Origin: Candidatus Oxydemutatoraceae bacterium
GTDB taxonomy: Bacteria > Pseudomonadota > Gammaproteobacteria > Poriferisulfidales > Oxydemutatoraceae
Direction: 5' to 3'
Assembly (NCBI GenBank): GCA_965220085.1
Contig: CBDCOZ010000003.1
Location: forward strand, 192,001-256,000
Length of the DNA stretch: 64,000 nt
Shown: one piece after another, positions 49,877 to 60,011 of the stretch
How positions within the stretch are numbered: the first letter of the stretch is position 1
Layout of the letters: every line of letters starts with the position of its first letter
Program-made: the position numbers and the translations under genes
Notes under the pieces: generated by a model
What the model was told of the DNA's origin: nothing
Databases searched by the model: none
What the model saw: only the letters and a program-made list of their open reading frames with translations

Positions 49877-50131
49877 ACTATCGCACCATCCCCGCAGGCG
49901 CACCAGAGAAGGGAAGCGCGAGTCGGAAGTTTCCCCTCACCGCATCGCTCCCGCCCATCGCCTTGGGCTCCGCCGCCAAATAACACGCCCGCTATGGGTT
50001 AAGCAGGGGCATCGCCCATCGCTCCCGCTCATGGCTTGGGCTCCGCCGCTCCCCTCACGGGGGAGTCGGCAAAGAAAAAAGCCGCAACGATGGCGCCGCC
50101 CGCTCTCCCGCCGGGGGAGCGGGTTCGGCAT

Positions 50132-50503
50132 TCACTTGAGGGTTTTCAGGTAGGCGGTGAGGTCGGCGATTTGCTTGTCGTCCTTGAGGCCGATGAAGAT
50201 CATTCGTGTGCCTTTGATAAAGCTTCTCGGGCTCTTTAGAAACTCGGCGATGGACTCGTCGTTCCAGACGACACCGGCTTCTTTCATTGCCGGGGAGTAC
50301 AGCTTGAAGCTCTCCAGCGTTCCGGACTTGCGACCGACAACATTGAAAAGGCTGGGGCCGACTTTGGGCACATCTTTCTCTACGGAGTGGCAGGCCCCGC
50401 ATTTGACGAAGACTTTTTTGCCATTCTCCACATCGCCTGCCATCGCAACGGGGGCGACTAAAAAAGTCATAAGCATGATAACGGATGAAATAACAATACG
50501 CAT
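50132..50503 (-). CDS. Class I cytochrome c (c2/c550-like)
   Basis: Signal peptide from MRIVISS; CGACH, GPSL and GTRM. Confidence 0.92.
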   Translation of the reverse strand: MRIVISSVIMLMTFLVAPVAMAGDVENGKKVFVKCGACHSVEKDVPKVGPSLFNVVGRKSGTLESFKLYSPAMKEAGVVWNDESIAEFLKSPRSFIKGTRMIFIGLKDDKQIADLTAYLKTLK

Positions 50504-50923
50504 TTTTTTCTCTTTCTCTTGTTTGTGAATCTGAAAATTCGGCGCGGTCGCTCGGACCGACAAGCCCCCATTATATACACACGGGAGGCTTGCGGCGGGC
50601 GAGCCTCGGGGGAAGGGCGGGCTTGCCCTTCGCAGGCGTTGCGCGCCGACTCTGCTGCGAGGGGAGCGTGATGCGCTGTGCGCAAGGAGGGATGTCATCC
50701 GGTGTTGCGGATTTGCAACGCTTCGGGGCGGGCATAAATGCTTGTAAGGCCAATGAAAACGGGATTGCCCTTGCAAAGGCCGGTGTTTGCGCCGGCGGTG
50801 TGACAACATCCGGCGGGGCGGGCTCCCTGTATAATTATTGCAACTTTTTAACGGGCGCTGGAGCGGTGTGGGGCGGTTATGTCGCACATGAGCAACAGGC
50901 CCCTAAATCATAAGGAGTGATTT

Positions 50924-52273
50924 ATGAACGTTCTTAAACAAAAATTTTTGACCCTGCTGGTCGGCGCCGCTGTGGCGCTGACGGGCTATGCCTCAACGGT
51001 GTCGGCGGATGCCTTTGAAGGCTTGTCCATGATGCGCATGGGTCAGTGGGAAGTCGATTTCAGCGGTAACGTCAATTCGTTTGTCGTGACCGGTGATTGC
51101 GATCCCAGTGGTGTAGGCGGCGTTGCCGGCGGCTTGGCTTGCGGCTCCAACGGCCAAGACTATGATTACGGCGATATCCGCACCGGTCTGTTGCCGTCGT
51201 GGTTCAACTTCCAGGCTTTCGCGCCGGAAACGGCGGGCGGCTGGAAGACAGCGATTCACATCAGCTTCCAACCCGGCGGTGACGATGGTGATTCTCTTGC
51301 CGGCGGCGCACTCGGCGGCCCGCTGGGTCTGAACACATCCAACTTCCGTCAGATCTTCACGACCTTGAGTCATGACGATGTCGGCACATTCAAGATCGGC
51401 AGAGATCTGGGCGTGTTTGCATCGGATGCGATTCTGGAAGACATGACCTTGCTGGGCGTCGGCGGTACCGCGCGTGATCGGGCCGGCGGTGGCAACACCA
51501 CGCTGGGCCGTATCGGTTTTGGCTATATCTATGCCGACTGGAAATCACAGGCGCAGTACACGACGCCGAACCTGAACGGTTTCACCGCGACAGTCGCAAT
51601 GACCGACCCGTGGGCGGCCACTTCGTTGGCTGGTAATTACCGTGAGGCTAGAGAGGGTGAACCTTGGAATGACATCCCCGCCATTCCTGCCATTCCTTAT
51701 AGTGCGACAAATGGCGGAGGTAATAACCAAGAGGATGACACTTACGGCGCTGAAGCCAAACTCAACTATTCGATGGGTGATATCGGTCGTGTCTGGACGA
51801 GTTATATTCGTCAGGATGTTGACTGGGATACCGGCGCACTCGATGATGGCGAAGGCGAAGGCTACGATGTCGGCGCCAAACTCACCGTGGGCGCCATTGA
51901 CCTCGTCGGTTATTACTACGATGGCGAAGGTATCGGCACCACGACATTTTTGACCGATGGTTTTGATCGTTTTGGCAACGAGCGTGATTCCGACGGCTAC
52001 TATGTCCAAGGGCGCTGGAAAACCCCGATGGGCACAACGCTGGGCGTCAGCTACGGCGAAAGCGATCTGGATGAAACCAGTGAGGAAAGAGCCGCTGCCG
52101 GTGGTAGCACTAATCTGGTTGAGACCAACGAGATGCTCACCGTCGGCGCCTATCATCCGATTGGCGAAGGCTTCAATCTGGTTCTTGAGTATTCCAGAAT
52201 TGAGTCCGAAGCGCACAATGGCACTGATGCCGAAGAGGATTCGGTTGCCGTTGGCGCGATTATGTTCTTCTAA
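50924..52273 (+). CDS. Outer-membrane porin
   Basis: Signal peptide; IRTGLLP and TTLGRIGFGY patterns; C-terminal Phe. Confidence 0.85.
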   Translation: MNVLKQKFLTLLVGAAVALTGYASTVSADAFEGLSMMRMGQWEVDFSGNVNSFVVTGDCDPSGVGGVAGGLACGSNGQDYDYGDIRTGLLPSWFNFQAFAPETAGGWKTAIHISFQPGGDDGDSLAGGALGGPLGLNTSNFRQIFTTLSHDDVGTFKIGRDLGVFASDAILEDMTLLGVGGTARDRAGGGNTTLGRIGFGYIYADWKSQAQYTTPNLNGFTATVAMTDPWAATSLAGNYREAREGEPWNDIPAIPAIPYSATNGGGNNQEDDTYGAEAKLNYSMGDIGRVWTSYIRQDVDWDTGALDDGEGEGYDVGAKLTVGAIDLVGYYYDGEGIGTTTFLTDGFDRFGNERDSDGYYVQGRWKTPMGTTLGVSYGESDLDETSEERAAAGGSTNLVETNEMLTVGAYHPIGEGFNLVLEYSRIESEAHNGTDAEEDSVAVGAIMFF

Positions 52274-52299
52274 ACCGATAAACATAGTCAAAGCTTGAA

Positions 52300-52336
52300 C
52301 AAATGGGCGCGCCCTTGTGGTGCGCCCATTTTTTAT
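52300..52336 (+). terminator. Intrinsic terminator after the porin gene
   Basis: aaatgggcgc-loop-gcgcccattttttt. Confidence 0.75.
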
Positions 52337-52353
52337 ATAAACTGCTCTGTTCA

Positions 52354-53139
52354 ATGAGCAATATCACAAAACCTATCTATCTGAGCCGCTTGCTGTTGGC
52401 CTTGTTGTTGCCCGTTGCGGGCGGCGCTTTGGCGCAGAGCGAACCCGCCGGACGGGTGAGCTGGCAGGACGGCTATGAATACGTCAGCATCGTTGCGAGC
52501 GAGGGCAAGCCGACCGGTCAGCGCCCCGAGCGCATTTCAAGCAAGTCCCTGCGACGCGCGCTGGCCGGTTTGCGCATCAGACCCGACGGCAGGAAAAAAT
52601 CCCAGCCGTTGTTCTCCGCGGAAGCCGCCGAGCGCTTGGGCAAACAACTCGCCGTCGCATTGCGGCAGGCGAAGCGCGGGCAGGATGTGCTGTTTCGCAT
52701 AAGCGATGCCGATTCATTCTTTGGCGATCTTTTTGAGCAGGATCTATTTAGCGCCGGCCGCGTGTTTTGGCACAAAGAACGGTTGCATATCATCTTCGGC
52801 GGCATCCGCAATGCGGTCAAGCGGAAGATGCTGTATGGCCAGCCCGGCGATCTGGTCAATGAGCCGGAGCAGGGCAGCCGCCGTGCGGCGGAAGATTTGG
52901 AGTATGAAATGGTTGCCGCGCCCGGCATCGCCTATGCCGTCAAGCAGCGACGCGATTGGGTCGTGATTCGCCTTGACAAGGTGCGCGCGCCGGTTACAAG
53001 CGATAAGCGCGCCCGCCGCAACGAAGGCCGCGGCGATATCGCAGGACGGCTGAGAAAGCTCAAGCGGTTGTTTGACGAGGGGCTGATTGACGAGCGCGAA
53101 TACCGTTCGCGCCGACACGAGATACTGGACGAGATTTAA
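52354..53139 (+). CDS. Periplasmic protein with C-terminal SHOCT domain
   Basis: Signal peptide; RLRKLKRLFDEGLIDEREYRSRRHEIL. Confidence 0.8.
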   Translation: MSNITKPIYLSRLLLALLLPVAGGALAQSEPAGRVSWQDGYEYVSIVASEGKPTGQRPERISSKSLRRALAGLRIRPDGRKKSQPLFSAEAAERLGKQLAVALRQAKRGQDVLFRISDADSFFGDLFEQDLFSAGRVFWHKERLHIIFGGIRNAVKRKMLYGQPGDLVNEPEQGSRRAAEDLEYEMVAAPGIAYAVKQRRDWVVIRLDKVRAPVTSDKRARRNEGRGDIAGRLRKLKRLFDEGLIDEREYRSRRHEILDEI

Positions 53140-53163
53140 TCTTTTTTAAGGAGGCTATAAATT

Positions 53164-54207
53164 ATGTTTGAAAATGAGTTTTATACGGCGGAAAATCACG
53201 GCGAGTTTGAGGTCTTTGACCTCGGAGACTTTGACCTGACCCACGGCGGGACCTTGCCCGATGCCAAGCTGGCATACGCGACTTATGGCGAGCTCAACGA
53301 CGCGCGCGATAACGCCATCGTGTTTCCGGTCATGTTTTCCGGCACCAGCGGGAGCTTGAAGCACTATGTGGGCGAAGGCCTGGCGCTGGACCCCGGCAAA
53401 TACTTCATCGTGATTCCGAACCAACTGGGCAACGGGATTTCAAGTTCCCCGCACAACACGCCCGCGCCGCATGCGATGTCGGCTTTTCCGAAGCTGGATA
53501 TCGCCGACGATGTGCGCGCGCAACACCGGCTGATGACGGAGCGCTTTGGCGTTGAGACAGTCGCCCTCGTGCTGGGTTGGTCGATGGGCGCGCAACAGAC
53601 CTACGAGTGGGCGGTGCGCTACCCCGAGGTCGTGCGGCGCGCGGCGCCCATCGCCGGCACCGCGCGGACGACGCCTCACGACGCGCTCTATGTGAGCGTG
53701 TTCTCCGAGGCGCTGAAGTCGGACCCGGCGTGGAACGGCGGCGAATACGCCGACCCGCACGGGGTGGAAACCGGCTTGCGCAGAATGGCGCATGTGTTTG
53801 CCCTGATGGGCGTGTGTTCCGAGTTCTATAAGCGGGAGCAATGGACGACGCTGGACATCCCCGATGCGGAGACTTTTCTGAGCGGCTTCTGGGAGAAGTG
53901 GTTTTTGCCGATGGACCCCAATGCCTTGTTGTGCATGGCCGACAAATGGAAATGCGGAGACGTAAGCGCCCCGCACGGCGGCGACTTGGCGCAGGCCCTC
54001 GGGCGGATTAAAGCCAAGACCTGCGTGATCGCCTTTGCCGAAGATATGTTTATTCCCGCGCGTGATTGCCGCGCCGAGCAGGCGATGATTGCGGGCAGCT
54101 CTATCGTTGAGTTGCCCACGCTGTGGGGACACTTCGGCATGATGGGCTTGGCCGAAGAAGACTTCAAGGCCATTAACAACGCGGTCAGCGACCTGCTGGC
54201 GCAGTAG
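53164..54207 (+). CDS. Alpha/beta hydrolase, homoserine O-acetyltransferase-like family
   Basis: LAYATYGELN, GWSMGAQQ, Asp (EDMF) and WGH; RBS aaggagg. Confidence 0.85.
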   Translation: MFENEFYTAENHGEFEVFDLGDFDLTHGGTLPDAKLAYATYGELNDARDNAIVFPVMFSGTSGSLKHYVGEGLALDPGKYFIVIPNQLGNGISSSPHNTPAPHAMSAFPKLDIADDVRAQHRLMTERFGVETVALVLGWSMGAQQTYEWAVRYPEVVRRAAPIAGTARTTPHDALYVSVFSEALKSDPAWNGGEYADPHGVETGLRRMAHVFALMGVCSEFYKREQWTTLDIPDAETFLSGFWEKWFLPMDPNALLCMADKWKCGDVSAPHGGDLAQALGRIKAKTCVIAFAEDMFIPARDCRAEQAMIAGSSIVELPTLWGHFGMMGLAEEDFKAINNAVSDLLAQ

Positions 54208-54214
54208 GGCTTGA

Positions 54215-55600
54215 CACACTCCCCCTCACCGCATCGCCCATCGCCTGACGGCTTGGACTCTGCGACTCTCCCGCGAGGGGAGAGTAATGCATCGTGCGCG
54301 AGGGGAGCATAATGCACAGTGCCAAACTGCGCTCCCCCCTTGCGGGGGAGTCGGCAAGCCAAGGGCACAGCCCGCAGGCTGCCGGAGAGGGGGAAAGTTT
54401 CCGGCTTGGACGACACAATATTCCTTTTGCGGGGGAGTATTCCCCCTCTCCGTCTTATGTTGCGCTTGCCGATTCTCCCACGCAGGGAGCTCTATCGTTG
54501 AGTTGCCCACGCTGTGGGGACACTTCGGCATGATGGGCTTGGCCGAAGAAGACTTCAAGGCCATTAATAGCGCGGTAAGCGACCTGCTGGCGCAGTAGGA
54601 CTCGATACACTCCCCCTCACCGCCGCGAGGGGAGAGTGTTGCACATTGCTAACATCATTCCCTCCTTGCGGGGGGAGTGCTCGCACTAAGTGCAGAGTCT
54701 AAGTCGCAAGCAAAAAGTGATGCAACGGAGAGGGGAGAAGCTTCCGGCTTGGACGACACAATATTCCTTTTGCGGGGGAGTGTTTCCCCTCTCCGTCTCG
54801 CTACGCTCGCCGACTCTCCCGCGAGGGGAGAGTGTTGCACATTGCTAACATCATTCCCTCCTTGCGGGGGAGTGCTCGCACTAAGTGCAGAGTCTAAGTC
54901 GCAAGCAAAAAGTGATGCAACGGAGAGGGGAGAAGTTTCCGGCTTGGACGATACAATATTCCTTTTGCGGGGGAGTGTTTCCCCTCTCCGTCTTATGTTG
55001 CGCTTGCCGATTCTCCCACGCAGGGAGCTCTATCGTTGAGTTGCCCACGCTGTGGGGACACTTCGGCATGATGGGTCTGGCTGAAGAAGACTTCAAGGCT
55101 ATCAATAGCGCGGTAAGCGACCTGCTGGCGCAGTAGGACTCGATACACTCCCCCTCACCGCATCGCCCATCGCCTGACGGCTTGGACTCTGCGACTCTCC
55201 CGCGAGGGGAGAGTGTTGCACATTGCTAACATCATTCCCTCCTTGCGGGGGAGTGCTCGCACTAAGTGCAGAGTCTAAGTCGCAAGCAAAAAGTGATGCA
55301 ACGGAGAGGGGAGAAGTTTCCGGCTTGGACGACACAATATTCCTTTTGCGGGGGAGTGTTTCCCCTCTCCGTCTTATGTTGCGCTTGCCGATTCTCCCAC
55401 GCAGGGAGCGTCATGCACAGCGCCAACCTGCGCTCCCCCCTTGCGGGGGAGTCGGCAAGCCAAGGGCACAGCCCGCAGGCTGCCGGAGAGGGGAGAAGTT
55501 TCCGGCTTGGACGACACAATATTCCTTTTGCGGGGGAGTATTCCCCTCTCCGTCTCGCTACGCTCGCCGACTCTCCCGCGAGGGGAGCGTCATGCATCGT
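54215..55600. repeat. REP mosaic with two orphan copies (54488-54598, 55026-55136) of the last 111 bp of the hydrolase gene
   Basis: Repeated ctcccccttgcgggggag and actctcccgcgagggg palindromes in recurring blocks. Confidence 0.9.
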
Positions 55601-55657
55601 GCGCGAAGGGGAATTGAAAGAGCTCGCGATTACGATTCCCGCGAAGGGAGAGCGGCG

Positions 55658-56614
55658 CTATGCGCTTGCGATGTGCGTAATTGCCTGCACAAGCGCGTCT
55701 TTGATTCCGGGTTCGGATTGGCTGTGACCGGCGGCATCGACCATGCGGAGTTCGCCATCCGGCCAATGCCGCAGCAATTCGTGCGCCGCACAGGGCGGGC
55801 AGAGCAAGTCATACCGCCCCTGAACGATGACCCCTTTGATGCCGCGCAGTTTCTGCGCATGGGCGATTAATGCGCCGGGTTTTAGAAAACTCTCGTTGGA
55901 AAAATAATGCGCTTCCATGCGCGGCGTATTTGGCAGCGGGCGTTTGTCTTGTGCGGCGAGGGGCAGGGTGAGTTCGCCCGGCCTCAGCGCCGATAGGGCG
56001 CGCTCGTAATCGTGCCACACATGGGCGGCGGGGGCGCAGACCGCCGCATCATCGCTGAGCAGGCGCCGATAGTATGCCCGCAACGGGTCGGCCTGTTCGT
56101 CCGCATTGAGACAGGCGACAAACTGTTCGTATAAATCGGGGTAAAACCGTTGCGGGATTTCTATGAGTGCGCGTCGCATGGCGGCGTTGTCGCCGAAGAA
56201 GAACGAGCGGATGACAATGCCTTTGACCCGCCGCGGGTGCGCTTGCGCATACGCGATGGCGAGCAGCGCGCCCCAGGAGCCGCCGACAACCAGCCAGCGG
56301 GGGATGCTCAATTGTTCGCGGATAAGCTCCAAATCGGCGATCAAATGCCGTGTCGTATTGTTTTCCAAACCGCCTTTCGGCGCGCTGTTGCCGGCGCCCC
56401 GTTGGTCGGGCGCGATGACTCGGAAGCGCTTGGGGTCAAACAGGGCCGAGAGCGCGGCTATGCGGCAACCGCTGCCGGGGCCGCCGTGCAGGAAGACAAC
56501 GGGAATGCCCCGCGGGTTGCCGTATTCCGCAACCGCCAGAGTGTGGGTCGCATCCGCTCGGATGCTGTGCGCGGCGCATTGCCCGTCAGCCACTCTTGCT
56601 TGGATCGCGCGCAA
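55658..56614 (-). CDS. pip: Prolyl aminopeptidase (S33 family)
   Basis: LHGGPGSG, DQRGAG, GGSWG, QGRYDLLCP and AGHS. Confidence 0.88.
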   Translation of the reverse strand: MRAIQARVADGQCAAHSIRADATHTLAVAEYGNPRGIPVVFLHGGPGSGCRIAALSALFDPKRFRVIAPDQRGAGNSAPKGGLENNTTRHLIADLELIREQLSIPRWLVVGGSWGALLAIAYAQAHPRRVKGIVIRSFFFGDNAAMRRALIEIPQRFYPDLYEQFVACLNADEQADPLRAYYRRLLSDDAAVCAPAAHVWHDYERALSALRPGELTLPLAAQDKRPLPNTPRMEAHYFSNESFLKPGALIAHAQKLRGIKGVIVQGRYDLLCPPCAAHELLRHWPDGELRMVDAAGHSQSEPGIKDALVQAITHIASA

Positions 56615-56630
56615 TGGTTTGCCGGCCTGT

Positions 56631-57800
56631 TTAGCTTATGCCGACAGGGTCTTTGACAGGGTCTTTGACGAAGTTGATGCGGCGGTATTCAAACTCGGAT
56701 TCCCCCGATTTTGATTCCAGATTGGCGATGCTGACGAGTGTTTCGTGGTGGTCGGAAAACTCGCACGCCGGGTCCATATTGGCGGCGTCGCCGGTAATCG
56801 CAAACGCCTGGCAGCGGCACCCGGCCCAATCGATCTCGCGCCGTTCGCAACCGCGGCATTTTTCCGGCATCCAATCAATGCCGCGAAACATTTCAAATGC
56901 TTCCGAATGGAGCCAGATGTCTTTCAGCGAACGTTCTTGCACGTTGTCAAATGTCAGCGATGTGATGCTCTCGGCGGCGTGGCACGGCAACACCTTGCCG
57001 GACGGCGTTACGTTGAGGAACTGACGCGCCCAGCCGCCCATGCACGCCTTGGGCTTGCGCGCGTAATAGTCGGGGACGACATAGTCTATGACCAGTTTGC
57101 CCTTCAATTCCTCGCGCGCCTTTTCGACCGTTTCGGTCGCCCATTCCAACTGGCGGCGGTGTGGCATCAGGGCGGCGCGGTTGTGGTAGGCCCAGCCGTA
57201 GTACTGCACGTGGGCGACTTCCATGCGCTCGGCATCCATTTCGACCGCAAGGTCTATCGTGCTTTGCAAATGGTCTATGTTCATGCGATGCACGGGCGCA
57301 TTGAGCGTCAGCGGTAAGCCGCACTCGCGCACCGCTTTTGCGACCTTGAGCTTTTCGCGGTAGCTGTTCGGGTAATGGGCGATGAGGTTCGCCGTCTCTT
57401 CGTCGCTGTCTTGCAGGCTGAGTTGAACGTGATTGAGGCCGAGGCTTTTCAGCTTCTCCAGCCGCTCCCGACTCAGCGGCACGCCCGAAGTGATCAGGTT
57501 GACATAGAGCCCGAGCCCGTTGGCGATTTCGACCAGATCCTCCAGGTCTTTGCGGATGCAGGGCTCGCCGCCGGAAAAATGCGCTTGCAAAATGCCCATG
57601 TCCGCGGCCTGACGGAATACGTCTCCCCATTGCTCGGTGGTCATCTCGGCGGCGCGCTTTTCAAGTTGCATCGGGTTTGAGCAATACGGGCATTGCAGCG
57701 GGCAACGGTGTGATAGTTCGCACAGCATGGCTATCGGCAAGCCGGGCGCGCGGCTGTTCGCTGTGATGCCTTGTTGTGAAGTGGTCTCTGTGGCGTTCAT
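56631..57800 (-). CDS. pqqE: PqqA peptide cyclase (radical SAM/SPASM)
   Basis: CPLQCPYCSNP, FSGGEP, CMGGW, LPCHAA and GCRCQAF. Confidence 0.97.
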   Translation of the reverse strand: MNATETTSQQGITANSRAPGLPIAMLCELSHRCPLQCPYCSNPMQLEKRAAEMTTEQWGDVFRQAADMGILQAHFSGGEPCIRKDLEDLVEIANGLGLYVNLITSGVPLSRERLEKLKSLGLNHVQLSLQDSDEETANLIAHYPNSYREKLKVAKAVRECGLPLTLNAPVHRMNIDHLQSTIDLAVEMDAERMEVAHVQYYGWAYHNRAALMPHRRQLEWATETVEKAREELKGKLVIDYVVPDYYARKPKACMGGWARQFLNVTPSGKVLPCHAAESITSLTFDNVQERSLKDIWLHSEAFEMFRGIDWMPEKCRGCERREIDWAGCRCQAFAITGDAANMDPACEFSDHHETLVSIANLESKSGESEFEYRRINFVKDPVKDPVGIS

Positions 57801-58099
57801 GTCTTGCCTCCTTGCTCCAGAAACCTTTTGTCAAACAGATCCTGAAGCATAACGATGATGTCAGATAGTATTCGGTCTGCGGGGGCGTCGTACTTGCTCG
57901 CCAACCGCGAGGCGATGTCTCCCACGCTGGTTTTGCCGTCGCACATTTTGACGACTTCCAGCGCCGTTTCGTCGGGCTCAAGGACGCGCTCGGGAGCCAG
58001 CAGAACCCAGCGTTCGCGCGCTTTATCATGGTGTAACTTGACGTACGAAGGCAGTTGGAGACAACTTCCAGCCGTCAATTTTTCGTTCTCGCTGCTCAT
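57797..58099 (-). CDS. pqqD: PQQ peptide chaperone
   Basis: WVLLAPERV...CDG; ATGA overlap with pqqC. Confidence 0.92.
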   Translation of the reverse strand: MSSENEKLTAGSCLQLPSYVKLHHDKARERWVLLAPERVLEPDETALEVVKMCDGKTSVGDIASRLASKYDAPADRILSDIIVMLQDLFDKRFLEQGGKT

Positions 58100-58848
58100 G
58101 TCTTGGGGTCGGGGACAAAGCAACCCGGCGTGATGACGCCATCCGGTTGCACATACGCGGAGTGCAGGGCATCCAACTGGCACCACAGCACATCGCACTT
58201 GAAATAGAGGGCGTTGAGAACCCCTTCCTGCGCTTCTTTGGTGCGGGCGGTTTCACGCACATAGTTGAGGGCGAATTCCACATCGCGGCGCGCCTGCGTC
58301 AGGCGCGGCTTGAAGTACGCCATATTGTCTTCGCAAATGAAGTCGTAATTCTTCAGCATGCCTTCCATGCGCTCGGCAATGATCTTGGGAGAAAATATTT
58401 CGGTGAGCGAGGAAGCGATTGCCTCGGCCAGAGGGCGTTCGGCGACAAAGCGCACATAGGCATCGACCGCAAAGCGCGTGGCGGGCAAAGCGCCCTCGCG
58501 CGATATGACATAGTCGCGGTCCAGCCCGAGGCTGTCGGTCAGTTTGAGCCACCTTTCTATGCCGCCTTTGCCCGGCGCATCGCCGTCGTGGTCGACGATG
58601 CGTTGTCGCCATTCGCGGCGCATATCGTGGCCGGGAATGCGGGACATCAGCACGGTGTCTTTGATCGGGATTGCGGCCTGATAGCAATAGCGATTGAGCG
58701 CCCACGCCTGAATCTGACCTTTGTTGAGTTTGCCGGCGTGCAGCAACTTGTGAAACGGATGCTTATCGTGATAGCGATTTTTCCCGATTTCCCGCAGTTG
58801 CGATTCCAGCTCTTCCGGGGTCAGCGCTTTTTCCAGTTTGGCTTTCAT
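58096..58848 (-). CDS. pqqC: Pyrroloquinoline-quinone synthase
   Basis: YHDKHPFH, WALNRYCYQ, RIVDHDG and FKCDVLW. Confidence 0.97.
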   Translation of the reverse strand: MKAKLEKALTPEELESQLREIGKNRYHDKHPFHKLLHAGKLNKGQIQAWALNRYCYQAAIPIKDTVLMSRIPGHDMRREWRQRIVDHDGDAPGKGGIERWLKLTDSLGLDRDYVISREGALPATRFAVDAYVRFVAERPLAEAIASSLTEIFSPKIIAERMEGMLKNYDFICEDNMAYFKPRLTQARRDVEFALNYVRETARTKEAQEGVLNALYFKCDVLWCQLDALHSAYVQPDGVITPGCFVPDPKT

Positions 58849-59780
58849 AGTTCGACCTGTTGTCCGTCCTCCGCGATTTCCCACCCTGATTCTGCGACAC
58901 GGAGTCGCTCCGGCGAGTCTTCCAGCAGGGCCGGGTTGGAGTTGTTGATGTGAATGTATATCTTGCGCTCGATGCCCATGTCGGCAAAGCTTGCCAGCGA
59001 GCCGCCTTCGCCGTCCATGTTCATATGGCCCATTCTCTCGCCGGTTTTAGGCCCCAGTCCGGCAGCGGCCATCTCGTCATTGCGGAATAAGGTGCCGTCA
59101 AAAAACAGCAATGAGGCGCCCCGCAAGCGGCGCTCCAGCGCGTCGTCCAGTCGCGCGCAGCCCGGAACGTAGAAAAATGATTCGCCGCGGTCGTCGGCAA
59201 TGCGCAGGCCGATGGTGTCTCCTTCTGCGGTGCCAAAATCGGCGCCTTTGGATGCGTCTTCTTTGTACAGGGCCACTTTGCCCGGCACGGCGAACGCTTC
59301 TATTGTGAGCCCGAGCTCGGCGCCGTCCGGCCCGAGCGGGCGGAAGGCTTGCGACAGGGTCAGGGTTTCTCGTTTGACAAGGTCGGGGTTCAGGACATTA
59401 AAAATGGAATTCTCTTTTATGGTGTCCAAAACGCGGGCGGATGCGTACAGCCGGTACGCTTCGCTCTCGCGCATCGTCAGCAGTCCGGCGACATGATCGA
59501 CATCGCCGTTGGTCAGAATGACCGCTTTGATCGGCGTGCTGCGCTTGCCTTCGCGCGGGTGCATTTGCGGGTTGTCGTTGATTTGCTGGCGCACATCCGG
59601 CGAGCAGTTGAGCAGGACATAGCGCGCGCCGTCCGCGCTGACAGCCAGCGAGGACTGCGTTCGGGGTTTGATGCGAGGGCTGTGTTCCCGGGCCAGCCGG
59701 CAATGGTCAGAGTTGCAATTCCACTGAGGGATTCCGCCACCGGCTCCCGAACCTAAAACGACGATCTGCATGTGATTCAT
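58845..59780 (-). CDS. pqqB: PQQ biosynthesis protein B
   Basis: LGSGAGGGIPQWNC, RTQSS, DVDHVAGL and HINNSNP. Confidence 0.97.
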   Translation of the reverse strand: MNHMQIVVLGSGAGGGIPQWNCNSDHCRLAREHSPRIKPRTQSSLAVSADGARYVLLNCSPDVRQQINDNPQMHPREGKRSTPIKAVILTNGDVDHVAGLLTMRESEAYRLYASARVLDTIKENSIFNVLNPDLVKRETLTLSQAFRPLGPDGAELGLTIEAFAVPGKVALYKEDASKGADFGTAEGDTIGLRIADDRGESFFYVPGCARLDDALERRLRGASLLFFDGTLFRNDEMAAAGLGPKTGERMGHMNMDGEGGSLASFADMGIERKIYIHINNSNPALLEDSPERLRVAESGWEIAEDGQQVEL

Positions 59781-59935
59781 TGGGTCTTGAGGTGTTCATC
59801 GCGCAACTCTGAAGTTTGGTACTTTCCTTGCATCAAGTATATGAGAAACATGTCCGCTGTCAAGAAGGTTGCTCCCCGGATGGGAACATCGGCTGACGGC
59901 GTGTCCGCCGGACGAAGGGGGGTTATATCCCCGCA

Positions 59936-59970
59936 AACAAAAAGGCACGGACAAACGAATGTCCGTGCCT
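59936..59970 (-). terminator. Hairpin plus U-tract between pqqA and pqqB
   Basis: aggcacggaca-N6-tgtccgtgcct, followed by a T run on the minus strand. Confidence 0.7.
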
Positions 59971-60011
59971 CTCTATGAAAGTATCAAAAATCAAAAAGCT
60001 ACGATTGAAGA

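Noticed and set aside
50504-50887. N-terminal extension of cytochrome c (similarly 40644-40802, 42714-42791, 61805-62026 and the protease MANDASES leaders)
   Set aside because: Downstream starts give proper signal peptides, RBS spacing or stop-start overlaps; the extensions run through intergenic or repeat DNA.
54097-55136. Diversity-generating retroelement TR/VR pair
   Set aside because: No reverse transcriptase in the window, and differences are synonymous rather than adenine-specific.
54287-55870. Small ORFs in the REP mosaic as real genes
   Set aside because: They are translations of palindromic repeats joined to the orphan tails, with no independent coding signal.
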